Positions 1-11,900 of a stretch of DNA of 64,000 bases are shown piece after piece. Source of the stretch: Cyanophora paradoxa CCMP329 (taxonomy: Eukaryota; Plantae; Glaucophyta); assembly GCA_004431415.1 (NCBI GenBank), contig QPMI01000199.1, positions 62,001 through 126,000 on the forward strand. Reading direction: 5' to 3'. A program made the position numbers and the translations under genes. How positions within the stretch are numbered: position 1 is the first letter of the stretch; every line of letters starts with the position of its first letter. The notes under the pieces are model-generated. The model did no database searches, had not been told where the DNA came from, and saw nothing but the letters and a program-made list of their open reading frames with translations.

Positions 1-2
1 AC

Positions 3-209
3 GACTTTGTTTCAAGTGATTCTATCATGAAGAAGTATAGACAAGTGGATGATAAGGCGGAACCGACAAGCATCGGTAAACGGATGCGTGAGATATTTAA
101 TGTTAAGTCTGAGTCGAAACGCGAAAGGGGCGCGGTTATTCGTGGATACTACTGTATTAAAGCCATAATTCACCATAACGAATTTGTGGATGATGATGTA
201 GAAGCGTAA
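3..209 (+). CDS. C-terminal end of a probable primase-helicase (partial)
   Basis: Open frame from window start with acidic tail; followed by an iteron hairpin exactly as the primase-helicase of element B is. Mostly positional inference. Confidence 0.35.
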   Translation, partial: DFVSSDSIMKKYRQVDDKAEPTSIGKRMREIFNVKSESKRERGAVIRGYYCIKAIIHHNEFVDDDVEA

Positions 210-311
210 ATATAAATGAATTGAATGATTGCTTTCTTACTATTTTTTATAACCTTACTGTGTATGGTAAGAATTAACAATGTAACAGGTGGATTTTTGG
301 TTTTCAGTCTC

Positions 312-404
312 GTGTAACAGGTGTAACAGGTCTATCCCAAAGTTCTGACCTCTGACCCCCCTCCTAGGGGAAAGTTTGGGATGAACCTGTTACACCTGTT
401 ACAC
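312..404. repeat. Iteron hairpin, element A copy 1 (putative origin)
   Basis: Perfect 20-bp inverted arms GTGTAACAGGTGTAACAGGT / ACCTGTTACACCTGTTACAC plus inner CCCAAA/TTTGGG; near-identical copies at 17227 and 17458. Confidence 0.9.
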
Positions 405-499
405 ATACCATTCTCAGTAAGACCCCTTTATAAAAGTGAATTCTCAGTGTGAATATCCTTATTAATATAATTTGTAGTGTTTTATTACTATAATCTGTA

Positions 500-507
500 A
501 AAATTGA
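500..507 (+). promoter_or_regulatory. AAAATTGA motif (Mimivirus-type early promoter)
   Basis: Exact octamer 45 nt upstream of ATG 553. Confidence 0.5.
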
Positions 508-552
508 ACAAGATATTTAAGCATTTATTTGTTTGACTATACGAAGTTATCA

Positions 553-807
553 ATGGCTACCCGTAAATTTGCGTTCGAAATGACCGATGAAGAATTAGAC
601 CAAAACATAAAACAAGAAATTACCATGGAAGCAACAGCGGAATATTTAAAAAGGGTATTCGGTTCTAATCCGTTATTGGAAACAAAGAAACGCCGCACTC
701 ATGTTATTAAAGCGAATAACGTCCAACTTAACCTTATACTTCCTGAGGGCGTTAAAGTGCGCATTCGTGGAGTTACCGTTTATGATCCGAAATGTGTCCA
801 AAAGTGA
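553..807 (+). CDS. Hypothetical protein
   Basis: First ATG of the 529-807 ORF, preceded by AAAATTGA. Confidence 0.5.
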   Translation: MATRKFAFEMTDEELDQNIKQEITMEATAEYLKRVFGSNPLLETKKRRTHVIKANNVQLNLILPEGVKVRIRGVTVYDPKCVQK

Positions 808-864
808 AATAGAAATGCTCAAAAATCTATTAAACCACAAAATAAAAAAGATTTTATTAGTTTT

Positions 865-1749
865 TTAACCTTGCACAATGTAACGATCGCTGCATATTCT
901 AATTCGAATACTTGCCAATTTAAAATGTTTTTTTAACAATTCAACAACTTGTTCGATTGTATACGCCACTGAACATTTAGTATCACGATCCCATAAACAA
1001 TCTAATTGTTTCGGAATATCTCTACGTTCCCATGCGACTTTGAAATGTAAGCGAATTTCAATACGTGGACATTCCATGTATTCAGCGAGCCATTCAAGGA
1101 ATTGCTTCCTTTCAGCTCTGAATTTATCTATATCGTGTTTTCTCATTTTATCCATGTTTGGAACAAAGTTTTCACACCAAACTACAAACTTTCTCGCATT
1201 TGCCTGATTAATAAGCTGTTGTTGTTCCCATTCTTTCTGTCTCTGTTCCCATTCTTCCTGTCTTTGCTTTCTTTTTTGTTCTTCTTTTTGTCGTTTTTTT
1301 TCTTCTTCTCGCCGTCTGTTTTCTTCTTCTTGCCGTTTCTTCTCTTCTCTTTGCCTTTTCCTCTCTTCTTTTGCTTTTTGTTTTCTACAATGATTACAAA
1401 AATTTTCTTTACGGTTCCAATGCCGTTCCTCACATTCATAGCATAAGTCACCTCTGTGTTCTTCTGTCATGAACCGTTCTATACAATGATTTCCAACCAA
1501 AACGATAATTTTCTTTTCGACATGCAATATATAACATTGCTCTTCTATGTGATGAGAACAGGCACATTTATTATGTTTTGGAGGAAGGTTTTCAATGTCA
1601 AGATTATATTGTGCAAGTTTAGAGCGTAAACGAATCATATTATACTCACTTCCCAACTCAACCTAATCTAGGAAGTTATCAGAACCACATAGGTTACGTA
1701 AAGTCTCTTTTAACTGTTCGAGATAGCTATTTTTCTTTTCTGTTGTCAT
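865..1749 (-). pseudogene. Cys/His zinc-motif, coiled-coil and DUF5710-like protein with one internal stop
   Basis: CACSH...VGNHCI motif, CxxC pairs, E/K/R coil, C-terminal KVAWERRDIPKQLDCLWD; ATG at 1749 in frame across TAG at 1663-1665. Confidence 0.6.
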
Positions 1750-1794
1750 TTCTGTTTCTCTGTATGTGTTACACATAAAATGTTTTCTCATCTG

Positions 1795-1802
1795 TCAATT
1801 TT
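1795..1802 (-). promoter_or_regulatory. AAAATTGA motif (minus strand)
   Basis: TCAATTTT on plus strand, 45 nt upstream of the minus-strand ATG at 1749. Confidence 0.5.
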
Positions 1803-1879
1803 TGAGTTGTCTTTAAATACGTTTCTACATTTTTAAACGCGTTTCATTTCCGAAAAAATAATGTTCCTATAAAGCAAAG

Positions 1880-4800
1880 ATGCCCCGCCAAACTAATAGA
1901 CTTATCAAAGAAAAGAAAAATGAGATTATCGGACTGTTAGGAACCCTTTTAACTACCGGTGAAATCACAGAAGCGGAATATGATAGAGAAGCCGCCATTT
2001 TAGATCGGAAGCCGCGACTACAACAACTTACCGATATTGCTAATGACCTCTACGATCGCATGCAAAGAATGGAAGACTTTATGGACGAAGGACAACGCTT
2101 AGGAGCAATTGAACCCGAAGTAGAAGATGGAGAGGCAATGAATCAGGCTTACTCATGGCATTCTTACCGCGCAAGAAATCAAATAGTTGTGGATACTATC
2201 GATTATTTGGAACGCATCGCTACTAACCTTCCACAGTGAATTAGAACGAAGTTAGAACAATTAAGAGCCGTTAAAGTCCGCCTTACATTCGTTTGTCGGT
2301 TTGTAAAAGTAAGTAATGAACGCATTTTTATTACTAAATATATTTACAGTGACTACTTTGTTATCACACGATCCCGTAATATAAATACGGAATTGCGTAA
2401 AGCTCTACAAGAAATGCAAGAGCAAATGAAACAAGTAGATAGTTACCGTTTGGATCGCTTAGAGATCCTTAGGGTTGTTATCATGTCTTACGCACCAGTG
2501 GGTGGTTGCTATTTTGCTACTCCCGAATGGATCGCAAGAAAGAAAGCAACCGTTAACGTTAAGAATATCGACGGACAAGATTGTTTTAAATATGCTATTT
2601 TGGCTCGTCTACACCGAAAGGACATTAACCGCCATAAAAGCTATGATCCCATTCAATATCGCCGATGGCTTAATGAACTGAACTTTAATAATATCGAATT
2701 TCCGGTAGCATGTGATGCTGATGTTATCGATCGATTCGAAGAACAGAACCCTGACTTATCGGTTAATATCTACGGTGCTGATAACGAAAAGGAGTCGTTT
2801 TAACCGTTACATATGTCGAGCAATCCACGTAGAAAGAATAAGATTAACCTTTTACTCATTGAAAATACGGAGGAGAATAGAGGACATTATGTAGCTATTG
2901 TGTCTCTAAGTCGCCTCCTTAAAACCACGTTCGATAAAGCATGTGATGGACGCATTTATTACTGTGAAACCTGTCTATCACGTTTCCGATCTCAGGCGAA
3001 ATTAGACCTACACATAGAAGCTAATCGGTGCATCGATTGGAGGGAAAGTAAAGGAAAATGTCCGAAACCTGATACTTACATGGAATTTGGATTAAAACAC
3101 CTAAGAAAGACTGTATGGCTTCCTGTGATCTGTTACGTTAAAATCGAAGATCATTCGGTATCTGTGAGTGCAAACAAAACCAAACGTGAAATTAAAGCTG
3201 TGTCATTGAGAGTGGTAATAGGAGAAGAAGTGGTAGCTTTTCATTTTGAGGGAGCCGATCCTTTGGGTTCGCTGTTCGCAAAACTCATAGAAATAAGACC
3301 TCATGTAGTGCAAACCCTATTTAGAAATATTCCCATGCATCCCCTTACGGAAGATCAGAAGGCGGAATATAGAACCACAAAACATTGTTATATTTGCTTG
3401 CAACGATTCACAGCTGAAAACGTTTCGGTTCGCGATCACTGTCACCAAACGGGCGATTATATCGGGAAAGCATGCCGAAACTGTAACCTCCATAGGCGAA
3501 TTTCTAAACAAACAAAAGTAGCTATCGTGGTGGATCAAATGGACGAATGCGGACATGGGATATTCCGAAAGATTGCCCAACAAGACGACACACAACGTGT
3601 GGAAATTCTAAGTAAAAATTTCGATCAGTATCTATCGCTACAATGGGGCATGTGGAAATTCATCGATGCATCGCATTTTATGGATTTCCAAAGTGCAAAT
3701 GTCGATGATCTTATGTTTAAATTCGAAGAATTCCGTAAATTGGCGTTCTCTCAATATGGATTAGATCCATGTCATTACGTTAGCGCTCCCGGTCTATCAT
3801 GGGACGCTATGTTAAAACATACAAAGGCAAAGATTGCACTTATCGATGATGTAGACAAATACGAATTTATTGAAAGAGCTATTCGGGGTGGATTTGCTAC
3901 TATGCCCACACGATATGCAAAGGTAGAGAATCCCGACGATCATATAGTTTTATTGGACGCAAATAATTTATATGGTTTTGCACTCAGCCAACCTTTACCT
4001 ATTGGTGACTATCGATGGGAAGAAACCACAGAGGCACTTAAAGAAGTAGAAGGACGAAACGCATTTATTGAGGTCGATTTAGAATATCCTATTTCCCTCG
4101 AAGATCATTATGATTTTCCACTTATTGTGAATAAAGAAGTTATCACGACAGATATGTTAGGTGAATACCAACAAAACCTATTATATATGACAGGTGAAAA
4201 GTTAACCAAAGATCCACGACTTACAGCAACATTTACACCAAAGACTAACTATGTCATATCACAACCTCTACTTATCTATCTCGTTAAAAAGGGTGTAGTC
4301 ATAAAAGCGATTCATAAGGTGATCTCATTCGCTACGTCCCCTTTCATGAAATCTTACATAGCTCTAAATACAAGACTAAGACACGAGTCAGGGAATAGAT
4401 TCGAAAGCGACTTTTTTAAACTCATGAATAATGCGATATATGGAAAATGCTTAGAATCTTGTAGGGGTCGCTCTTCTGTAAAGATCGCCAATAGTGAGAA
4501 ACTATGTAAGAAATATGCCGCAAGTCCACTTATCAAAGCAACCAATGTATTAAACGAAAACGCCGTAGCGTTTGAAATGTATTCGAAACATGTAAACTTA
4601 GATAAACCCGTAGCTATTGGTGCTTTCGTTTTGGATTTCGCGAAGTTACATAATTATCAATTCTTTTATGATGTGGTAAAAAAGAAATGGGAAACGGCTA
4701 AGCTACTATTCCACGATACCGATTCGTTCTGTCTATTTCTGAAAACCGATAATCTAAATGCGGACATGAAAGCCATCGGTGAACACCTCGATAGGAGTAA

Positions 4801-5161
4801 TTATAATCGCGATCATCCATTATATAGTTTGTCGAATCGATTGACTCCGGGGAAGTATAAAAACGAATTCCCAAATGCAAAGATCTTAGAATATGTGGGT
4901 TTGAGATCGAAACTTTACGCTTTCAGAACTGAAACCTATGAAAAAATAAAAATGTCCGGGACAGCATCGAAAGAAGTCCATTTTGACGATTTTAAGAAAT
5001 GTCTATTCGAAGGCATCACCAAAACAGTAACAGTAAGAAACAAGCGACGACAAGACCACAGCCTATATGATTTGGAGAGCAGAAGGGTGGCGCTAAACCA
5101 AATCGATAGCAAAAGGAAGATATCAAACGACGGCATTCACAGTGTCCCATTTGGTGTCTGA
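1880..5161 (+). pseudogene. polB: Polinton-type family B DNA polymerase, interrupted by two stops
   Basis: ORFs 1880-2239, 2393-2803, 2813-5161 share one frame and are colinear with the intact 1081-aa PolB of B; stops TGA 2237 (Arg in B) and TAA 2801 (Tyr in B); motifs DANNLYG, KLMNNAIYGK, HDTDS, EndoVII-like RDHCH..CRNCN. Confidence 0.9.
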
Positions 5162-5476
5162 TACACTGTATCTATACTTCTCTTTTTTTTTTCGGTCTCC
5201 TAAAAGTAATATACCTCGGAGGAGTAATATTTTTGAAATGGATCCTTTGGGTCAATTTCATAGAAATTAGGTATGGGGTTCTTTTTCCATACTGGGTCGT
5301 CCATTATAAATATATCAGAGATTCAGTAGGATGCGCACCATCTTAGCGAAAGTATTCCCGTATGAGCTTGTCGATATCATAATGATCCATTACCATAAGA
5401 CGTGTCCTAATTGCTTTGATACTCGTATAATCACCAAAGGTAAATGTGGAAAGCTTCTTATTTGTTTGTCTAAAAT

Positions 5477-5749
5477 TTAATCAAAATACAACATAATGGG
5501 TTTCTCTTCTATGACTATTCCCCATGTTGTCCTTTTTCTGTATGCGTGAGAGTGTTTTTTAGAACACTGTCGGCAACCTGACCCCTTAATATGATTAAAT
5601 CCGTAGGTTTGGAACGTTTTATTACATTGTAGGCATCTAACAGATACCTTTTCTTGTGCTTTCTTATAAACAGTGTCGGTATAATCAAATTTATCCTTAC
5701 CATGGACTGACATAGCGGTATCTATAAACTTTCTTGTTTTTTCATCCAT
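5477..5749 (-). CDS. Small zinc-ribbon protein (DUF723-like repeat typical of viral homing nucleases)
   Basis: FI..A..VHG..FDY....Y.....V...C..C...F.....NH..G.GC..C pattern. Confidence 0.65.
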   Translation of the reverse strand: MDEKTRKFIDTAMSVHGKDKFDYTDTVYKKAQEKVSVRCLQCNKTFQTYGFNHIKGSGCRQCSKKHSHAYRKRTTWGIVIEEKPIMLYFD

Positions 5750-5769
5750 TCCCTATATATACCTTAGAT

Positions 5770-6615
5770 TTATGGTAGCGGATCGCTACCGCCGACGGGA
5801 TTGTATAGATTGGTATTTAGATATTGCCCGAATCGGTTAGCTGTCGCGATTGCATCGTTTCTTTCGGCATACATAATAACTCTGTAATTTCCGAGTTGTG
5901 TAGCTCTTATTATAAATTGGTTATCCTGTGTATCTAAAAGAGGTATTGAGTGGAACGCCTGACCGAAATTATCTATGGGGATAATATGTATCGTTAGGCG
6001 CGGTCTTGCTCCATCGGTTCTTCTACATAATGCGTAAATGTCCTCAGGTATCGTGTCTCTATATCTATAATGATTTCCTAACGGTTCTAAAACATCGGCT
6101 ACCGCTGTTTGTAAACTAATAATGATTGTATAAATCTTTATTAGGTAAGGCTCATTCATACCTGGGCAATACGTCCTAATTCGTGTGTTCTCATCATCGG
6201 GATTTGGTTGATCATTAACCAAAAGAGGCGCTCCAATGATACCACCCACTCGGAGACCATCACCAATGTAAGCGCCTCCCGATCTACATTTAATTGCTCC
6301 ATTTCTCGATTCATAAGCAAAGTTAGTAACCTTGTTATCATCGTTATAACTATCGGGATCTCCATAAAAAGCGTTAAAGTTTGCATTTGTAACAAGAAGT
6401 TTCGTAGTTTTCACAATTCCGTTATTTTTGTCACATCTTAACTCTTTCAGTCGCAATTTATGCGTATCACCAAAAGTATTAAGAGTAGGTGCAAGTTCCG
6501 TAGATTCGAGACCATCTACATTATCGATAACGGCATGTTGTAATACGTGATTTGCAGGCGCGGCTAATGAAAGTTGCGCTGTTAAGATACGCTCAGGTGG
6601 AGCGGGTGCCGCCAT
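5770..6615 (-). CDS. Fibre/spike family protein (shared N-terminal adaptor)
   Basis: KELRCDKNNGIVKTT..V.N...SGGAYIGDG block shared with four other cassette genes. Confidence 0.65.
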   Translation of the reverse strand: MAAPAPPERILTAQLSLAAPANHVLQHAVIDNVDGLESTELAPTLNTFGDTHKLRLKELRCDKNNGIVKTTKLLVTNANFNAFYGDPDSYNDDNKVTNFAYESRNGAIKCRSGGAYIGDGLRVGGIIGAPLLVNDQPNPDDENTRIRTYCPGMNEPYLIKIYTIIISLQTAVADVLEPLGNHYRYRDTIPEDIYALCRRTDGARPRLTIHIIPIDNFGQAFHSIPLLDTQDNQFIIRATQLGNYRVIMYAERNDAIATANRFGQYLNTNLYNPVGGSDPLP

Positions 6616-6634
6616 TTAATATATTAAAACATAA

Positions 6635-7477
6635 TTATGGTGTGGGATCACCTGGGAACGGATCATCGTAGAAGTTATTTAGGTTGTTATCGGGATTGAG
6701 ACCACGTGTAGCCACCACAGCCGCTGGATCTGTTCGCATTCCGAAAATGAGAATATCATAACCTCCTACTTCTGTTGTCCAAACATTAAACGTAGCGGGG
6801 TTCTGGTTGTCGAATTCCACCCAACCTCTACCGCGTCCGATTCCCTGAACAAAGAAAGTATAAGCTGGTCCGATAATACCATTTTGTGAGCGACATATGG
6901 AAGCAATAGATTTAGGAATAGCAATATTTGGTAATAACCAATTTCCCCTAATTCCATCGGGTTGTGTTGCATTTACGTTATCTACCCCAACTCTGACCAT
7001 TCCAAACACATACGGATAATCACCACATGGAGTATACATACGTATACGTTGCGGATTGTCCGCATGCTCAGGTAGAGTATCGGGAATATCGGTTACAGAA
7101 GCGGAGGATGCAAGCATACCCGACACACGACAACCGCCACCAATAACAGCGCCTCCTGATCGGACAACAGCGGCGGCACGTTCTCCGTCAAAATCTAACG
7201 TTCTAATATCCACACCCCATGCGTCAGGTTGCCCGATACCCGCGTGAAAATTCGCATTTGTTACAAGGAGCTGAGTAGTTTTAACCACTCCCGAATTCTT
7301 ATCGGCTCGGAGTTCTTTTACTCGTATCATACTGTTTTTATCGAATGCATTCGCGGAATTAGCCCGTTCCGTAGATTCCACACCACGGATTTCGTCGGCT
7401 ACCTCATGTTGTCGAAAGTGGACGGCGGGCGATCCCAAAGCCTAAACTGGTAATTGCACACGATTGTATTCGCCCAT
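6635..7477 (-). pseudogene. Fibre/spike family protein with early stop
   Basis: Same adaptor block; ATG 7477 in frame across TAG at 7442-7444. Confidence 0.6.
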
Positions 7478-7527
7478 TGCTTCTTTTACTAAGAAGGAAA
7501 GAAAAATAAACGACTTTCAAGAAGGAC

Positions 7528-7563
7528 ATGCAAGATACATGCCTTTCTTATGCATGATCTATG
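7528..7563. repeat. 36-bp non-coding hairpin identical to 47271-47306
   Basis: ATGCAAGATACATGCCTTTCTTATGCATGATCTATG in both; stem AGAT-A-CATGC/GCATG-ATCT. Confidence 0.9.
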
Positions 7564-7637
7564 AAAAATAACAATTAACCCAGTCGTCAGACAAGCTGCC
7601 TTGGCTGCGCCTCTCTCATTCTTCGAATTCGAATTCT

Positions 7638-7901
7638 TTACATAGGAGCACTCACAGGAATTTCGCTTGCCTTTCGAACAGTCCCCCTTGCAAACGCTTG
7701 CTCTACAATCGCTTCCTTTGTGAGTGGAATCGGAATTCCAGCGGCAATACACGATTTAACTTCTTTGTCCACAATCTCATCAATCGCGATTCTCGCCCGA
7801 TTATGAGCCGCATTATCGATCCAATCCTGAACAGAGTAGGCACAGTATTCCATTCCCAGTTTTTCAGTATCAGTTAGAACCACTTGATAGATGTTCGACA
7901 T
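7638..7901 (-). CDS. 87-aa phage-like fibre-associated protein (possible chaperone)
   Basis: SVQDWIDNAAHNRARIAIDEIV; close paralog at 47329-47592, both directly after a C1q-like gene. Confidence 0.7.
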   Translation of the reverse strand: MSNIYQVVLTDTEKLGMEYCAYSVQDWIDNAAHNRARIAIDEIVDKEVKSCIAAGIPIPLTKEAIVEQAFARGTVRKASEIPVSAPM

Positions 7902-7909
7902 TCTTTTAC

Positions 7910-8925
7910 TTACGAAGCAGAAATTAATTCACCCGACCATTGACAATTTGCTGTTCCAACAGCTCCCATAATTGTTCCTGCAACATATAACCTTCCTGTG
8001 TCACCAGCATACATTGCTACAATGACATTCAAGCATATAGTTCTATGATAGTTCGTTCCTAACGCTGATGTATAACCATCGAGATTTTTACCATTAGGAG
8101 GCCCATCATTGACTCTAAATGCTACATATGTATCAACATTATTTAGACTTGTTATGCCAGTGAACACGAATCTGTAATGACCTGACACAGGAGCTGTGAA
8201 GTAACCTGTGGAAACATTTACGTGATTTCCATGGTTTAGAAATGTATGCCCATAGGCTCCAATATAAGCCGCACCAGTTACAGTTCCAGAAACACCAACA
8301 CAAAACCGGGGATGATTAGGAAGTGCAAGATAGGAATTAGTCCCATTAATAGTGAGACCTTTCCAGCTATAAGTTCCTGCAACTGCCCCACCTGTTGCAT
8401 TAGTGTGTGATGCTGTGAAAGTAGAAGCGATATTCTCATTATTTCGCTTGATCACCAACTCTGTATTTGCCCCAGAATCAATAGTCGTCGTTTTAACTGT
8501 CCCAAATGATCCAGCTGTAAGGCTTCCAGTAACTGTTGCATTCCCGCTCACTGTTGCATTCCCATTCACTCCAAGTCCAGTCCCAATCCATGCCCCGCCA
8601 CTGTAAACTTGAAAAGCCGCCGAATTCCTGTCAGCCGGATTAAAAGCCGTTTTGGAATCCTGTTGACCTTCATATAGATTTTCTTTGGTGACCAGCCCCG
8701 AAGATATTGCGGGTCGATTCGATACGATCAGTTCAGTAGCTTTAACGATTCCACCAGCCTTGTCAGCTCTGAGTTCTTTGACTCTGAGAATGGAGGTCTC
8801 ATTGAAAGAATCGGTTTTCGCTGTCTCAGTCGAAGGAATGACTCACTTAGATCATATATAGTGTGTTGCACGTTGTGGACAGCACTGGCTGATAAGGAAA
8901 ACACAGGGGTAAACACAGTCGACAT
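7910..8925 (-). pseudogene. Fibre protein with C1q/TNF-like tip, frameshifted near 8842
   Basis: ORF 8728-8925 gives the N-terminus; shifted frame gives RVKELRADKAGGIVKAT and runs into ORF 7910-8569 with TGYFTAPVSGHYRF...WSGELI. Confidence 0.75.
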
Positions 8926-8980
8926 CTTTTGATTGTTCTTTATTATTACGTGAGAATATTATTATTATTACGTGAGAATA

Positions 8981-11900
8981 TTATGCTACCATCTTTCCTG
9001 TTGCTATATAACTCATTTGATAGTGGAAAAGTCCGATGCTTTCATTGAATTCATAATTTGCCGAAACTGTTACATTAACAGTAAAGGTTGTTGTTGAGGA
9101 ACTTGTGACACCATATACCAATACATATGAACCACCATTATACCCTTGTTTCAGATTGAGAACCACTTCTGGGGCTTGCGCAAATGCTTTTGGGAATGTG
9201 ACAACCTGTGAAAATCCCCAATGACCCGGACCTACGATTGTTAAAGAATTTGAAAAACTCCCTGTCTGTATATACTGGTCTTTATTGACCCGTTGTTCTG
9301 AAACAAGTTTTGCAATCTTTGTATTATCTGTTTCATCCATTGCATAATATGCTCTTGCGTAAGCATTTCCCCGACATAATAACGTTTTATCGTATATATT
9401 TGCGGAATTGTGGAAAAACCATTGTTCTAAATAAAGTGGTGCATCTGGTTGGTAAATTTGACCGGATCCCACATACATGGTATTATTTGCTGTGATCGTG
9501 TTCGCTACAAATGGGTCTAAGGTTGGGAAATCCGTGATTTCCGATTTTGTGTGAGTATGGGCGAAATCTGTTATATTTGCCTTTGTGTGACTATGTGCGA
9601 AATCTGTGATATCTGCTTTAAAATGAGAGTGAGGACCGACAGTCGTAGAAGCTGTTGGCTTCCCGTATATATTATTCCAATGGAGGAAACCACTGTGTGA
9701 CGATATAGCGGGGTTTTTGCTCCAACCAACAGTAATCGGACCTGGAAGATAAATTCTTCCTATTTGTCCTTGAACACCAACTTTAACAAGTCCTTCACAA
9801 TTTATTGCAGCAAACTGTTTGAAATCTCTTACAGGATTATATGCAGGAGCATAGGCATTTACTCGTAAACGAGTATAAGTATTGGTTGATGGTTCAATTC
9901 CAACAACATCAAAGTATCTACTGTCATACTGACACGTATAATAGATATAACATGATTTCATTCCTGTTGGAACATTCCAATACATCTTACAGCTACTACA
10001 ATCATCATCACCATCAATCCATGTGTTTGCCCAAGTGCTTGTGTCACCTACAAGTGGTTGCCCAACATAATCTCTCCAATCTCCTGTGCGGTCTGTGGAA
10101 ATACCACTTGTAGCGTCAAAATCAGTTGGTGAAGTGTATGTTGGTGTATTTATCAGATCATCATAGTTTCCAGTTGTTGCCACAGTCGCAAATGTCGGGA
10201 AGTCTGTAATTTGAGACTTTGTGTGGGTATGGGCAAAATCTGTTATTTCTGACTTTGTGTGAGTGTGTGAAAAATCTGTAATCTCTGACTTTGTGTGAGT
10301 GTGTAGATCAGGTGCGAAGGTTAATGGTCGAACATTGTGAACATTGGGTAATTCAATGCGACTAATTGGAGTGTTTGGATCTAATACATATTCAGCACCA
10401 AGGTGGACAACAGGAAATGTTTGATCATTCGGAGTAGTAACAAAGAAATTAGAAGCATGCACATCACCTGCAATTGTTCCACCTGTTAGTGGTAAATAAT
10501 CATGATCGTGTGAATCAGGTGGATAGGTCGATGGGGGATTGACAATATGCTCCCAAAAATGCCTGTGAACATTGGGTAATTCAAGACGACTAAATGGGGT
10601 GTTTGGATCTAATACATATTCAGCACCAAGGTGGACAACAGGGAATGACTGATCATTCGGAGTGTCCACAAAGAAATTCGGAGCATGCACATCACCTGTG
10701 AGAGTCCCGCCTGTAAGGGGTAAATAATCCCCAAGAGCCGACGTTAATTCGGTATCTGTTACATAATCTTCAAGAATTGCTGCAAGTTCTGTATCATCTA
10801 CATAGTTTTTGCTTTCGAGGTAATCATCTGTAACAACACCGGAAAGGGTGGTATTGTGTAAGTTTTTAGCTGCCATTCTCTGATTGACTTCTAAGGCGCC
10901 ACCTGTTGTCGTTTTTATCCATGCAATCTCGCATTTTCCGTGATCATCTGTGGGTTGTCCCACAACAGGAAGATAGTTTACAACTTTCTCCCTTGTGAAA
11001 ACTATCTTAGGTCTTGCTCCATCATATGCACTTTGATCTGTTACATTTACTTGTATTGCTGCTGAAAAATCCGCTTCTTGTCCTATTTCTCCTGGGTGAT
11101 AATTCGTAACATAGATACTGGGGAAAGTATCATTTACTCCTACATTGAAATCGCCACTATAAACTCCATTTACGATTGGATCCCGTGTAATCTTACAGCA
11201 AGAGTTCCCACCATCGGTGTGCCTGTTTCACCTGTGAATGTCCCATTGAGATTTACGTAATGATCATTCAAAAACAGCCTTTCAGGTGTATTAATCGATT
11301 GGTAAAGTGTGACCCCATTAAAAACATTTCCAATTGCATTCAATTGCGCAAAAACTGGCTGCTCATCTATTTCCTCCCATGGGTGCCTGTGGTTACTATT
11401 GGTAATCTCTGAATAATCATGAGTGTGTTTTCCCGGTGGGAAGGTCGATGGGGGATTTGTGATATCTTCCCATAAATGCTTATGGGCGAAATCTGTTATT
11501 TGATCTTTTGTGTGAGTATGGGCGAAATCTGTTATTTGATCTTTTGTGTGAGTGTGGGCGAAATCTGTAATATCTGCTTTTGTGTGTGTTTGTTTTGCTA
11601 ACCAATCTAAAACAACATTCGAAGTGGGATGATTTGGTAGGTTTGCTTCAATATTCACAGTTAAGTAGTCGACTATTAAATTACTTCCATAAATATTACT
11701 TGCCCATATATTACTTGCCCATAGATTACTGGTATATAAGTTACTTGCCCATATGTTACTTGCTGAAATGTTACTAGTATAAATGTTACTTGTGACTGTA
11801 AGGTTTGTGTCGTTTTTGATAACAAATAAAGAAAGTATATTAGTAAGTTCGCCTTCATCAATGTATCCTTGATGTTCTAAATAATCCTCTGTTACCACTC

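Noticed and set aside
1102-1451. Hydrophobic Phe-rich and Lys-rich ORFs
   Set aside because: Antisense and alternate-frame shadows of the E/K/R coiled-coil region.
8941-8981. Tandem 19-bp duplication TATTATTACGTGAGAATAT
   Set aside because: Real, but most simply a slippage duplication in an intergenic spacer.
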